Positions 1 to 14,264 of a DNA stretch of 64,000 bases are shown here, one piece after another. The notes under the pieces were generated by a model. That model was not told the origin of the DNA, made no database searches, and saw only the letters and a list, made by a program, of their open reading frames with translations. The stretch is taken from positions 186,001-250,000 of the forward strand of contig NW_003314373.1 of assembly GCF_000143415.4 (NCBI RefSeq), in the 5' to 3' direction. How positions within the stretch are numbered: the first letter of the stretch is position 1; the number at the start of each line of letters is the position of its first letter. The position numbers and the translations under genes are program-made. The stretch comes from Selaginella moellendorffii (lineage: Eukaryota; Plantae; Lycopodiophyta).

Positions 1-2047
1 ACAAATGGTAGTTTATGTGTCGTGGTGGTCCAGAACTTCCTGTAGCTCTTTCCGCCAGTGGACTAATCCGAAGTTTAGGAAGAAAAACAATACCTGAGTT
101 AAGGCAGTAGCTTCCATTTTCCCAGATGTGTCCAAGAACCAGCCAGACGCAAACAGCTTGCCAACCAGCCTGTGCAACAAACACCCTTATTAAAATCGCA
201 AAGAAAGAGTGAAGACACCAGGATAAAAAAGAAAGACGAAGCTTTACCAAGTTGCGCTTTGTTTTGTGATCTGCCAGCGGGATTAGTGCGGCAGTGCTGC
301 ATTGAAAAAAGGAGTCCTAACCAAAACGCTTTGAACTGTTCAAAAACTTCAAAGCTTACCAAACGAATCTGTCCAGCTTTTGTAGTATGTAGTGCTCACC
401 ACTGCACGATCGATCGTCGTTGATGGGAGCCATGCTTCCTCGGATTCGCTTTGGATCACTGTTTTGATTCTAAACAAAGACGTGTGCGTAACAAGCGAGG
501 AGGGACCCCCCCTCCCGAAAAGAAAACAGCAACACCCTGGAAAGCACCGCATGCTTCCTATGACAAAAATCTCGCTTCTCCCTCAGCGAAGAAAAGAAGA
601 AAAACTCGTGAAAGTTTCTCGCTTTCCTACCATCCACCAACAAAAGAAAAAAAACGTATATGAGAAGTCGGATCGAGAAGAACTAGTTAGCGTAGACAAA
701 TGGTGTGCTTACCGCGACAAGAGTGGAAGTTAAGACGTAGCTCCAGCTGTGGGCCTCCTCTCCTTGATCACCAGGAATCGTGGCAACAATGCTAAGTGTA
801 GTGAGCTCGAAGCAGCTCGAAAGAAATGGCCTACCTCCTCGTCTCGCGTCCTCCATAAAGGAAGAGGACAACGCAAAACTCGAGCTCTTTGACATCTCAC
901 CAGCAAGAGCAGCACCAGCACTACCTTCGAATTTAAGTCCTTGCTCTCGCAGTCACAGTCTGGTAGCTAGCGCGTACATTTTCAGATACTTTTCCATCGC
1001 ATCATCATGCCTGGAAGAAAACACCACAACAAAAAACAATCGCATAAGCTCAGAGAGCTTTGCAGAGCGTTAGAACCGCGTTAGTCGAGGAGAGTAAAAG
1101 CAAATCCAGAGAGAGCAACTAAAACGCAATGAGATTATTCACAAACCAGTGGCCACTGAGAGAGATAGTTTTTTTTCTCCAAGAAATGGGGAGTAGCAAG
1201 CAACGCTCTCTCCTCTTGGCAAACTTTTTACAACTTGAGCCTCGAAAAAATACAGGATACCGAGAGCAGGAATCCAGTCTTATTTTGTGGCATACCCCCA
1301 GCGTTTCTCCTGTCTATCCATGAAGATAGATAGCATTTTCTACACACGCGTCCTGCTGCTGCTGCTTGAGTTCCTGAGAATGCTACCAAAGGAACTCTTC
1401 CGCTTATGCCAGAGTGATGTCTGTCCACTGTCCATCCTTTTTTTTTTTTCTTTTTTCTTTCCCAGAGTGCCGATCCACCATCTTTCCCTGCTTCTTTTTA
1501 TGTTTTCCTGGTTCTTTTTCTTCTTCTCCTGCTGCAAATCCCGGGGAAGAATCGCTGAGGAGTAACTCCAGCCTGCTCTTCTACAGCCCTCTAAAAAAAT
1601 ATGAAGCGGCCTAGCGCTTGTGCACCTGTAATTACATTTGCGATGAACCATCACTTGAGTAGTGAGAAGAGGAGCCTGCGAACTTCAAAGGAGTGATCAC
1701 CACCATCTGTGTCTTCGCAGCGTCGGTCGATCGGAAGAATTGCAAGATCATTGTAAACTGCAACTGCAACCTTGAGAAGAGAAAAATCCAACCCCGGTTC
1801 CAACTCTGCTGGACGAGCTCGAGAACTTTAAATTCCAAAACGAAGTGACCTTGATGATGTTGCTCACTCCCCCGCTCAAGGATGACACGTACTACCAACC
1901 AATGCATTTAATTGGAGATTCTCCACTAAAATTTGCGGACCAGTTGCTGTTGTGTCCTGCAAAGAAGCCCAGCGAAGTGATTAAAGTTGAGATGCTGCAT
2001 TGTCAAAAAGAGCTAACCACCAACTTACCTTACCCCAGGTCCCCTGA

Positions 2048-3625
2048 CTAAAAATGTAGCAACTGGCGAATGCTTTGCGTGATGCCAAATCCTGCAGCCA
2101 CCAGACCGAAAATAAAATCAAAACTCCACATCGAAAGTTCACGGGAAAGCTTTTAGAACTTACCGCTTTGTTTTGATCTCGTCTCAAACAGCCCTCTCCC
2201 ACGCTTGCTCTTCGGGCTGCCAGCACCGCGTACAACCTCCTTGGGATCCTTGGTCTCTGCTGGTGGTATCGTCAGAACTTTGCTGATGCCTTGTATGGAG
2301 ATGTGGCCATCTGTGAAGATATCGTGATCGTAAAGTAGCGCGCCACTTTCCCCCTCACCAAACTGGACAGTTCCATCTGTTTCCTTGGCGTGGATCGTAT
2401 GCGGCTGCCATAGCGTGAGGAACTTCACCTTCTCAAACCTTCTCACCGCGTTGTAGAGACTCTCCTCGGTCTGGTACTCCGTGAGGACATGGTACATGAG
2501 AATCGCCTCCAATCCCCCGGGGGCGTTGAGCTGCTCGGTGGTGAGATGGTCCATGGCATGATCGTTGGGCGCCAAGAGCGTCAATCTGTGCCCCTCGTTC
2601 ACCAGCTTGGCCATGTCCCAGGCAAACGATGTCAAATTCACCAGTAGCTCCGCCATCTCGCTGTAACCCCCAAAATTCGCCAATGTCGATACGAAGTCGT
2701 CCACGTCTTCCCAAGTGTAGACCCGGTGCTTGCCGGAAGATGGTCCCGGAGCTGGGGCCGGGGCGACCTCGGGGGCGTAAGCAAACTCGAGTGGTAGTGG
2801 CGACTCGGCGGCCTCGAGGAAATCCTGGAACTCCTTGCTCATCTCCGCCAGACTCGCCCCCAGTGGATCAAACTCTGGCGATGCCTGTGGCAGTAGTGCA
2901 TTCGCGCTGCTGCCCAGCTTCTTCACCGAGAACGCCTCCTGGACCGATCTGGGCACCAGCAATCCATTCACCCCGTGGACGACTCCATCCTTCTTGTTGA
3001 TATCATTGGGGCTGGTCACCTCGGACAGCTCCACCCGGTTGATCCCGCGGTGGGAATGGATGCGCACGGTCTCCGTGGAGAGTGTTCTCACCGTCCGGTT
3101 GCTCCAATCTTCCGACATTATCTTCCCGGGGACGATGTGGTGCTTGAGAACCTGGCGCAAGTGCTTGATGTTCCCGGGCTCGAGGAGGAAATGCTTGAAT
3201 TCGCTGTCCACCTGTTGCTCCATGTAAGCGTTCCTGGGAGCGAAGATTGTGATGCTGCCCTTCCCTACGACTTTCTCCAGCGGCTCCAGCATCCCTGCGT
3301 GCCCCATGAGCTCCATGAGCTCCGTGTACTGGGATTCCATGAGCGCCGCCAGGACGGAGCTGGAGCTGGAACCCTTGGACGAGATTTTGGGCAAAGAATC
3401 CCCGGAGGAGGAGGAATGTGGAATGGAGGACGAGATTACCGTGCTAGGATCTGCTCGCGGACGATTCAACGGCGATCTTGGGCCTAGATCTGGGCTGGCC
3501 TGCTTCTTGTGCGTATTCCGCGACGAAATCTCGCGATCGTGCACGGCGCGCGATGGGATCGCTGGCGCCGCGCGCAATGCTGGAGTCGTGATCATCCACA
3601 GAAGCAAGAACAATCGCCAATCCAT
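2048..3625 (-). CDS. Fasciclin-like arabinogalactan protein with two FAS1 domains (FLA15-18-like)
   Basis: 490-aa ORF 2153-3625 with signal peptide, two FAS1 motifs (ITIFAPRN...HGVNGLL; LTLLAPND...ISIQGISKVL) and a central APAPAPGP linker. Probable terminal intron 2163-2092 (GTAAGT...GCAG) with last exon ending at TAG 2048-2050; otherwise the CDS ends at 2153. Confidence 0.9.
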
Positions 3626-4668
3626 GGCTGCGTGCTGCCGATCTATCGAAATCTATGCGTGAGGTGCTCCACCTTGCCCTGCCTTGCTCGTCGATGGCGC
3701 GCCTATACTACCTCTATACTTGACGTCTCTAGCTCCGTCTCATTAACAGTTGCCGTCTGTCCGATCTGCCACGTGGGCCCATCGCAGCCGTTGCCGGCCG
3801 TGAAGGTTCGATTCCGGCTGGTGCGGGGGACCTTTCGTTTCAAGCCAAGGGTCAAGATCGATGCATCTGCTCTGGTGGCCAAATCATAGCCGTCAAACCC
3901 ACGCACACGCTTTCGTCCAGCTGGCCGCTTACTCCCATCCGACGGACTAGATCCTGCCAGCCTGGACGGCTGTTAATATCGTTAAGTAAGAAATGTAAAA
4001 ATTGTGGCGCGTAAGCAACTCTTTCTGTTTCGCGGCAAAAACACTAAAAAATTTCATCCCCACGCGGTAAAAATCTCGTCCCCAACTTGCTCCAAAATTT
4101 TCACCTTGCGGCTCTTACAGTCCACATGAATCCTCTGCAACGCTTCGTGCCAGGACCGGATTCAAGAAAAAAAAACACATTTACTCCACACCGGTTTGGA
4201 TAAAACGGCGTGGCGTCCGCCAGCGAACAATTGCCTCTCCACCAACCATGCAGTCGGACAGCATTCCATAAATTTTACCAGAATCCTATGGTTGGGTAAA
4301 ACCCAAGGCATCAAGCGGCGAATATTCTGATTTAAATGGTTGAATCTCCGTCCAGGCTGTGCAGCACAGCACTGCGCCCACTTTAATCCAGGAAATTCTT
4401 TTTGGGAGCATCTAAAGCATGGAAAGCTGGATCGACGGCCCGGATTGCCCGATGCGGGAGTGTCGGTGGAAGAGTTTGTCGAGAAGACCATCGCCAAACA
4501 GTTGAACTGCGTCTAGCTTTGCCGTGCAATGTGCTCGTAAAAGAAACGAGTGACGGTGCCAGTCCAACCAGGGAAGATTCGAAGGATCTAGCAATGGGGG
4601 AATATTCATCTCGTACAAGAGAATGTGAGTGCATATTCTTGTCGTACAAGGGACCATGCCCGCCACCT

Positions 4669-5737
4669 TTAAGGCCACGTTGTAAACTCGAAAACTTTGG
4701 CGACGATCTCGAGTCCTGTGGGGATTTGCGACGCAAAGAGGAGGAGATTTGCAACGTTGAGCGCGATGTGAAGATTTCTGGCGGTCTCGTTGCCCTTTTG
4801 CATCGCCGGGACGAGCGAGGCGGCGAGAGCCCACAGCACAGTGATCGCTGCGAAGAGAAAACGAGGAAGGAAAATCGATCGATCAAATGGCAGTGTGCTT
4901 AGACGAGAGAAGCTTACCAGCGCCGCTAAACAAATGAGGCCCCGGGAAGAGCTTCCCAGAGCGAAACCACGTATTGACGCAGCCACCCACGGCTTCGGTC
5001 ACTCCAAATCCCAGGAGGATGGATCCAGCGTTGAAATGCCTGTCGCGAAATCCACCCTTGACGAGTTCTTTCCTTACCTGGAATTGGAAAGCAACAAGAA
5101 ACCAACCAAGTCAGAAAGAAAAAAAGCGACAACCATAGAAATCCAAGGCTTGATGTCACTGTTACGTACCTCGGTGAGTTTCTCGATCTTTCGCTCGATC
5201 TCCGAGGGCGGAGAGTTCTCCTCTCGGGGCTTGACTTGCTTCTTGAGCTCCGTGACCTCCGCTTGGATGGTTCTCACTTGTCTCCATTGCCACCCCAAGT
5301 AGCCAGCCCAGATCGTGTAGGCAAACAATCCTCCCATGACGATCGGGTGAAGTAGAGCGAACGAGCGTCCTTCCAGGATGCCAAATTGTCCATCCACAGC
5401 CAAAGCAGCCTAGGAAGCAAAAAAGCTCTCCAAGTTAGAACGAACCAAGAACAAAGATGGAAGGCTAATCTCTCGAGAACTTCCAAGGAATTCTTACCTC
5501 TGGAAGGAAGAGCACGGGAGCAGCGGTCGCGGCCGACGAGACGATCGACCACCAGCATCGTCCACTTGAGAACAAATCCCTGTTGTGTTCTTGGCGTTCT
5601 TGGCGATCGGCACGATCAATCCCCTGCCCCGCATTCCCGCTGCCGCCATACCTGCATTGAATCCCACGCCGTGGACATCGCCCCAGCCCGCGAGGAGGAA
5701 GCACCAAGAGTAGCGAGCCGCCGCTCAACACCGCCAT
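4669..5737 (-). CDS. Plastid membrane protein, DUF4079-like (At3g61870-like), multi-exon
   Basis: Exon peptides AVDGQFGILEGRSFALLHPIVMGGLFAYTIWAGYLGWQWR and ...QIPTGLEIVAKVFEFTTWP*. Transit-peptide-like first exon from ATG 5737. GT-AG introns. Family assigned from recalled similarity. Confidence 0.75.
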
Positions 5738-5948
5738 AGCTGCGATGATCCTCCCCTCCGCTCCACTCGTTGCCCAAATCGCTCCGGATTAGCTTAGCGC
5801 CGTGCTTAGCCGTGAGAGATTCCATGTGGCGGGCACGCGCCTCGCGGCGATCGATCGCGCCACGGATGGAAGAACCCTAAAATCCGATCAATAGTATAGA
5901 CAATAGGAAAAATTTACACGAGAGATTTCGCGGTTGATCGAGGATCTT

Positions 5949-7937
<1,989 letters not shown>

Positions 7938-8292
7938 TCACAGGCCTAGACCCCCGCCGGGACGAGATTGCAATTGCGATGCGCCATAGCCAGGAAGCTC
8001 CCGGCCATAAACCCTAGCCTGGGAAACGCACACCACACCACACTTCACTGGCTACAGTGGAGGAGCGAGATATTTTTTTGGCGCCAAGGACGAACCGTGT
8101 CGCAATCTCAGCCGTCCGATTTTAAAAAATTTGCGAAAAAGAGAAAAGGGGAGAGAGAAAAGTCTAAAAGGTGAAAGCAAACGAGCAACAAAATCTACAC
8201 TATTTGCGAAAAAAAGGACAATCCATTTAAAAGGTAAAAGGAAGGAGCAACAAAATTTACAGTGTTTGCAGTGAACCATATAACTATGGATT

Positions 8293-8688
8293 CTAGTTGT
8301 TACCATTCTTACCGCCGGCATGACCATGGTGACCACTGCCACCGCCGCCTCCTCCCCAGCCACCGCCGCCACCGCCACCGCCACGGCCGCCGCCGTGGCC
8401 GCCCCATCCGCCACCACCACGGCCGCCACCCCACCCTCCGCCACCACCGTGACCACCCCATCCACCGCCACCGCCACATCCGTGATGTCCACACCCGCCG
8501 CCACCCCACTGCGCGGTGGTCTTGCCACCATGCTCGTCCCGCGCCTCCTCGCGAGTAGCGGTGGTGGCGGTACTAGCGCTCTTGGAGTTGGAGCTCTCCT
8601 CTTTGGCGAGCGCGGAGATGGAGGAGCTAACGAGCAAGACTAGAAGAAGGAAGACTAGCCCCATTCGCGGAAAGGAGAAGGAAGCCAT
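8293..8688 (-). CDS. Secreted glycine-rich protein (GGGGWGGHG repeats)
   Basis: ATG 8688, hydrophobic signal peptide MASFSFPRMGLVFLLLVLLVSSSISALA, then poly-Gly with W/H spacers, ending GKNGNN*. Confidence 0.85.
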   Translation of the reverse strand: MASFSFPRMGLVFLLLVLLVSSSISALAKEESSNSKSASTATTATREEARDEHGGKTTAQWGGGGCGHHGCGGGGGWGGHGGGGGWGGGRGGGGWGGHGGGRGGGGGGGGWGGGGGGSGHHGHAGGKNGNN

Positions 8689-9093
8689 GGCTGGTGCTAG
8701 AGAAGAGTGTGGAGCGTCTCGGGGTTTTAAAGGGCCCTGGAACTTTCCCGCGAGGGTGATGGTCGATTTCCATCCCGGGAAAGTTTGGGTCAACTATGGT
8801 CAATTCAGTCAACTCTCGCCACATAGCCTGGTGTGCATCTGTCTTGTCTCTAAATAAGAGCCTTGGACGTTGGGCTTGGATTATGGATCTAAGTTAAGAG
8901 TCTTCAAATCCAAGTAGTTTTTCCATGGAGTTGTGGTTTTGTGCACGATCACCACCACCATTGTACCACGGAACTCTCTATTTGGAAGAAAGGCTCGATT
9001 TTCTTCAAGTTTCCATGAGAATATATAAAGATCCTTGCATTCCTTTGCCTCAAACCCATCCTTCACCCATCCATCTCTCTTCTCTTCGTAGCA

Positions 9094-9855
9094 ATGGCTT
9101 CTCGTCGTTGCAATCTCTCCATAAGTTTGGCGCTCTTTGGAATCCTCCTGATCACTGGTTCCACTTCCACGCTTGCTTGAGTGCTCAAGGAAAAGGAAGA
9201 TGGTGGCAAGCTTAATCCATGGAGGCTGGGGTCACCACCGTCACGACACGACTACTGGTGTTGGCAATGTAGATCATGGTGACAATACTACGACTGGCTG
9301 GCATGATCACGGGTGCCACCATGGTCACGATTGTAACACTGGCAATGGTGATGATACTACGGATAGCCATGGGGGCCATGATTCTACTACTGGCAATGTG
9401 GATCATGGTAACGATACTATGACTGGCTGGCATGGCCATGGTGGTCACAGGGGTTATCACAGTCACGATTCTACTATTGGCAATGTAAATGGCTGGCATG
9501 GTCACGGTGGTCACGTCCCAACGTTGGTCACAATTCCACCACTGGCGGTGGCATGGTCATGGATGTCATGGTCGTGCTACTGCCAACGTTGTTACCACTG
9601 GCACCTTGGATGGCTGGCATGATCAATGGTCATGATTGTGCTACTGCCAACGTGGCTATCACTGGCACCGTGGATGGCTGGCATGGTCACGATTGTAACG
9701 CAGACGGCTGGCATGGCCACGGTGGTCACCACCACGATTCTACTACTGGCAATGTAGACGGCTGGCACGGCCACAGTGGTCATGGAGGTCACCATGGTCA
9801 CGATACCACTGCTGGGTACCACGGGGGCCACCATGGTACCGGTAACAGTAACTAG
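9094..9855 (+). pseudogene. Disrupted secreted His/Gly-rich repeat protein (GWHGHGGH / DSTTGNVD repeats)
   Basis: TATA (TATATAAA ~9022), ATG 9094, signal peptide MASRRCNLSISLALFGILLITGSTSTLA, then in-frame TGA (9178-9180). Repeats continue across frameshifts (ORFs 9173-9622, 9553-9855) to GTGNSN*. Confidence 0.7.
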
Positions 9856-9995
9856 AAGCTCTATCCTGTTGTGCATAGAGCTAATCCAAATGAATAAATG
9901 AGTGAAAACCCTGGTGTGTTGATCAGCATGGAAATTCGTTAGCGTGTTTGTCTTTTGAGATTTTCCTGGGTCAGGTTCTCTTCTTCGCCGTGATC

Positions 9996-12900
9996 TTACT
10001 CTTGCGATTCAAAGCACGGGAAGCCGGCTGGGAGCTCAAGCCGCGGTTCCTTGCACAGGCGTTGCGTGGTCAAGGCGAGCGAGTAGCCAAGCGCTCGAGC
10101 AACCGGCATAGCGACTGCGTTTCCAACTTGGATGTACCTGTGGTCGAAGGGAGTGATACTGATCCCGCAAGAGAAAATCACACTTACCTCTCCTTTACAC
10201 TTCCTGTGAGCTTATACCAGTCGGGAAAGCCTTGCAGGCGAGCGTTCTCCCGGACTGTTAGCACTCTATCCTGCGTCGGGTGCAACATTCTCTGGAAAAG
10301 CACGCGCATTTCGATTGAGGAGACTAAACTTTTTATAAAGCTCACATGGTTGTGCGGCTCAGCTCGTGTGATTACTGTTGGTACAGTCTCGTCCCACCAC
10401 ATCCTCGCAAATGGCCTAGAGTTTTCAAAATATTGGTATGGTTTCAAACACACAGCAAGACTTACTTGAGTGATCTCCCTTTAATGAAAGAGATCGCATA
10501 GTCCGGTATCTAGGAAAGGAAACGAGAGGTGAGAGCAAATATCAGACTTAAAATTACCAGTGGTTTTCCAGACGGCAAATACTCTCTTTCCACCGTCAAA
10601 TCCAGCGTTACTGAATTGTCGTCCTTGATTTTCAGTCCACCTAAATCTCGAAAATTGGCTCCCTGAACAGCGCATTTGTCTTGCAAGTAGCAGATGAAAT
10701 ACGAACCAATTACCTTCCGTTTTGGTATTCTACAAGCTCGTTGGTAATCGTCGTCGTTTAGTCGTAATGGCCGGTGATCATGCACCGTTGAATTCATCGC
10801 CCGGGGTCCCCGACCGTAAAATACTGTAAAATCTCGAAGTAGCAAACGTTTGTTGCAAGTTTCAGAAAATAGAGCCTCACCATCTCTGGCGCTTCTAATA
10901 CGTGTTTGGAATTCGGTTTTCGGCCCGTCTCTATACGGGATCTCGTCCCTTGTCTCACAATTTTTCACCTGGAGCAAGAAAGACTTTCAGAAAACGTAGA
11001 AGTTTTTGACAAAGACTTACAGGAGGCAGATCAGATATGGAATCTCCTAGAAACAGTGCTTTCTCAAGTTGCCGCTCGCCAATGTGCTTTACAACGTTCC
11101 GCTGCACAACCACGTCACAATAGTAAAAAAGGTGTTTCAACAACAAGCCAAGGCCCCTTACTGAAAATTGGTTGGGAACATTTCCTTTGTAAATTGCATC
11201 GTGCGATGGAAGAGGAAATGCTGGTAGCATCTGTGAAAAGACGTTATCAAGCCGCAAAACTAGATAAAGTAAAGCATACTTCCGACGGAGCCGCGCCCCA
11301 GAGAAACACACGCATCCTAAACTGTGGTAGTCCATACGATCCAGCAGCCATCATACCAAGTTTTGCCTGGAGAATCAAGGAATTAACAAGCCCCACAAAA
11401 AACAAAGGAAAACGAACCTGGTAACGCATATCCACTAGGCGGAACATGGCATACCTGCCAAGAAGGCCTTGCTGGAATTTCAATATATCGACAACGTTCT
11501 CCATCAAAACGAACTTCGGCCTCAAGAAACCTACGATGTCCATGAAAATAACCATCTGACGATTACGAGGGCAAGTAAGAGGAGCCTCAGTGTTTCGAAA
11601 ACGATTGTATCCACTGGCCCCTTGGCAAGGAGGGCCTCCGCACACCATGTCAACGTCTCCCTGGTCGTGACAAAACCTTACAAACTGCAAGCGATAAAAT
11701 ATCCACTTTACCGGCAGAGGCAAGATACGACGTCTCCTTCCTTCCAGTACAAAGTCACGAATACGTTCTTGGCAGGAGCTGCAAGAAGCGGCCTATGATA
11801 GTGCGCCACCGAAAAAACATACTACTTACTCAAGGTGATCTACAGGTTCCCAGGTATCGTGATCACTAGTATAGCCTTTCCAGCGTACCTGCATGACGAA
11901 GTGTTCGTTACATCCGACAGAAAACCTTTGCCCACCTTGAACTCAAGTCGTCTTTTGATTGGCTTCTCAGGCATTTTGGACGACGTGTCTGGCTTTTTTG
12001 GCTTCTGAATCCCTGCCATGCGAATATCAACTACCTGCTGAACTTCGTATTCATCAGCGGCATATTCATCTGCGCCAAGCGTGTTGCTATCAGGGCTACT
12101 CGCGTTTGAATTGTCATCCGCTACATGCCCTTCGTATTTCGTACAGAGCTTTTGCCACTCTTTCAGTAAAAGGAGAAAACATTCGGCGTCCTCGTTGCGG
12201 ACCTATACAAGGAAGAAAACTGAGTGAAGTAATTACCTTCATTTTCAGTAAAATGCACCTCGGTTTCTGGATGATTATACTTCATGCTGTTGCATGCGTG
12301 TTCATTGTAATCTACGGCCCATTTCTACATGCACAAACAGATATTACCAGAAGTCGCGATACAATCCACTACACTTACAGTTACAAGATTGACACCTCCC
12401 AATGCCGCTCCCATAGACAGCCCCGTTGACATGGCCCCACAACCGCAGTACAAATCCAGCAATATCAATTCCGGCTTGATAGTATCGCTGCATCTAGTTA
12501 CAGCAGTCTGAAAACTGGAACTCGCGTCTTCAAGAGCATCGCTATCTGAGGTTGCCAGTTTACGTAGAAAAAACAAAAACATTACCTGAGGGCACCTTGT
12601 AAAACGTCGAGAAGTCACCAGTATAACCCATGTCAAAATAGTAATCGCAACTTTGTTTGATCTTTTTTTTCGAAAATGCATCCTGTAAAAGCTTCAATTA
12701 GCAGCGGTCAAGCATCTCGTAAAGGCTTACCATAACCGGCGCGTATGACACTTTTACTTTTTTAATGATACACTCTATCATGTTGTCATCCTCATCGTCT
12801 GACAGAAACACCCTTTTATTGTCAAGGTGAACATCGTCGAGATCTCCTATGGCCTGCAGAGAACATTTACAATCCGGGTATCCGCAGAGACGCAAACATA

Positions 12901-14174
12901 CCGTATCAGAAAATCGGAAAAACCATTGAACCCGAAACCAGTTTTCCTGGTTAGCTGTTTTGAAAAACTCAAGCACCTTCCCAAGGTACTCCGCGTCGTC
13001 ACCCTGTAACTGGTTGATTACAAAGAAGCTGCAAATGAAAGACTGTACCTCTAACGCAACGCAATCGCCAACTTTGTAATGCTTCCCGTCGACCACAGCT
13101 TCCTCGTAATGTTCCACGCATTTTTGAGAGCCGGCTCCTGCACTCTGCTGCGTCTAGCAGGTCAGACAAAGATGCAACCACTTAAAAAGCCTTTACCTTG
13201 TCATACCGATTAGGCCACTGCCTCTTAGCTCGAGCAGCAGGAATTGGCTTGCCAACAAAGTGGGCCTTGACAGCGAGCTTATGACCCTTTCTGGGACACG
13301 CGACGAGAGCCGCGGAAGGAGAGTCCTCCTCGTCATCGTCGTCGGACTCCACAAGGATAGGCTCTTGAGCAAAGTCGTCATCGTCCGGTGAAGGAGGTGG
13401 TGGGAGTGGTTGCTTCTTTGGGCCGAAACTCTTCCTGGGCTTGGGCTTGGGCTTGGGGTTTGGTCCAGGATCCTTACGTTGGACAGACTTTCCAGCCTTC
13501 TTGTCAACCTTCTTTCCAATATCTTCTTCACGCACCACTGCCGAAGGACTCAATTGATCCTCTTCCGACGAATCCAAAACCACAATGCAGTCACCACTGG
13601 GACGTTGTGGACATGGGTCTTCCTTCGCAGCAACATCTTCTTCCTTCACGGTGCCAGAAGAAGTGGCACTTGCTCGTCGAGGCCCAGATTTTTTTCTAGA
13701 CCTCGCACTACCTGTGCCAACCTTGGCCATAGAGGCTGGAGTTTCTTCCCTCGACCCCATGCCTTCTGGGGATGGATCCCGGAGCTCGTTTTGTATGTCT
13801 TTCATGGCTCTTCGATTCACATCCTCCAGAGAGATTCGTTTAAGCTTCCTGGGCTTGGATGGCTGTTGGGACCTCTCGGGTGACACAGTAGCAGCGGAAG
13901 CGGTGACGGCCGGGGTAGCGAGTTTCCTCTTCCTGGATTTAACCCGCGTTGCGACGCTCCGCTGCTCGGCTGGAGGAGAGAAGACTTTCCCGCTAGCGTC
14001 GTCGTCGTCATCGGAGGAGCTGAGCACGATGGCGTCCACGAAATCGTCATTGTCGCTGCGAATGACACTAGCAGCAGCAGTCATCGCCGCTGCCTGCAAA
14101 CCCTACCTCCAAGCGCCACAGCCTCCGGCCAGTAGAAAGAAAACTTTCTCCAGCTACCAAGCACCTGGATCCAT
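9996..14174 (-). CDS. CMT: Chromomethylase (BAH + C5-methyltransferase + chromodomain), multi-exon
   Basis: BAH exons ([16 protein letters not shown]), motif [15 protein letters not shown], chromodomain [13 protein letters not shown], catalytic [41 protein letters not shown]. Start at 14174 (via a short intron) or 14084. Confidence 0.93.
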
Positions 14175-14264
14175 CGCCGCAGGAGCTCCCCTCTCTTCCG
14201 CCCGCGCTGGAGCCCTAGCCTAGCGCGCGCCACTGCTCCTCCCGCCCATCGCTAAGATTTCGAA

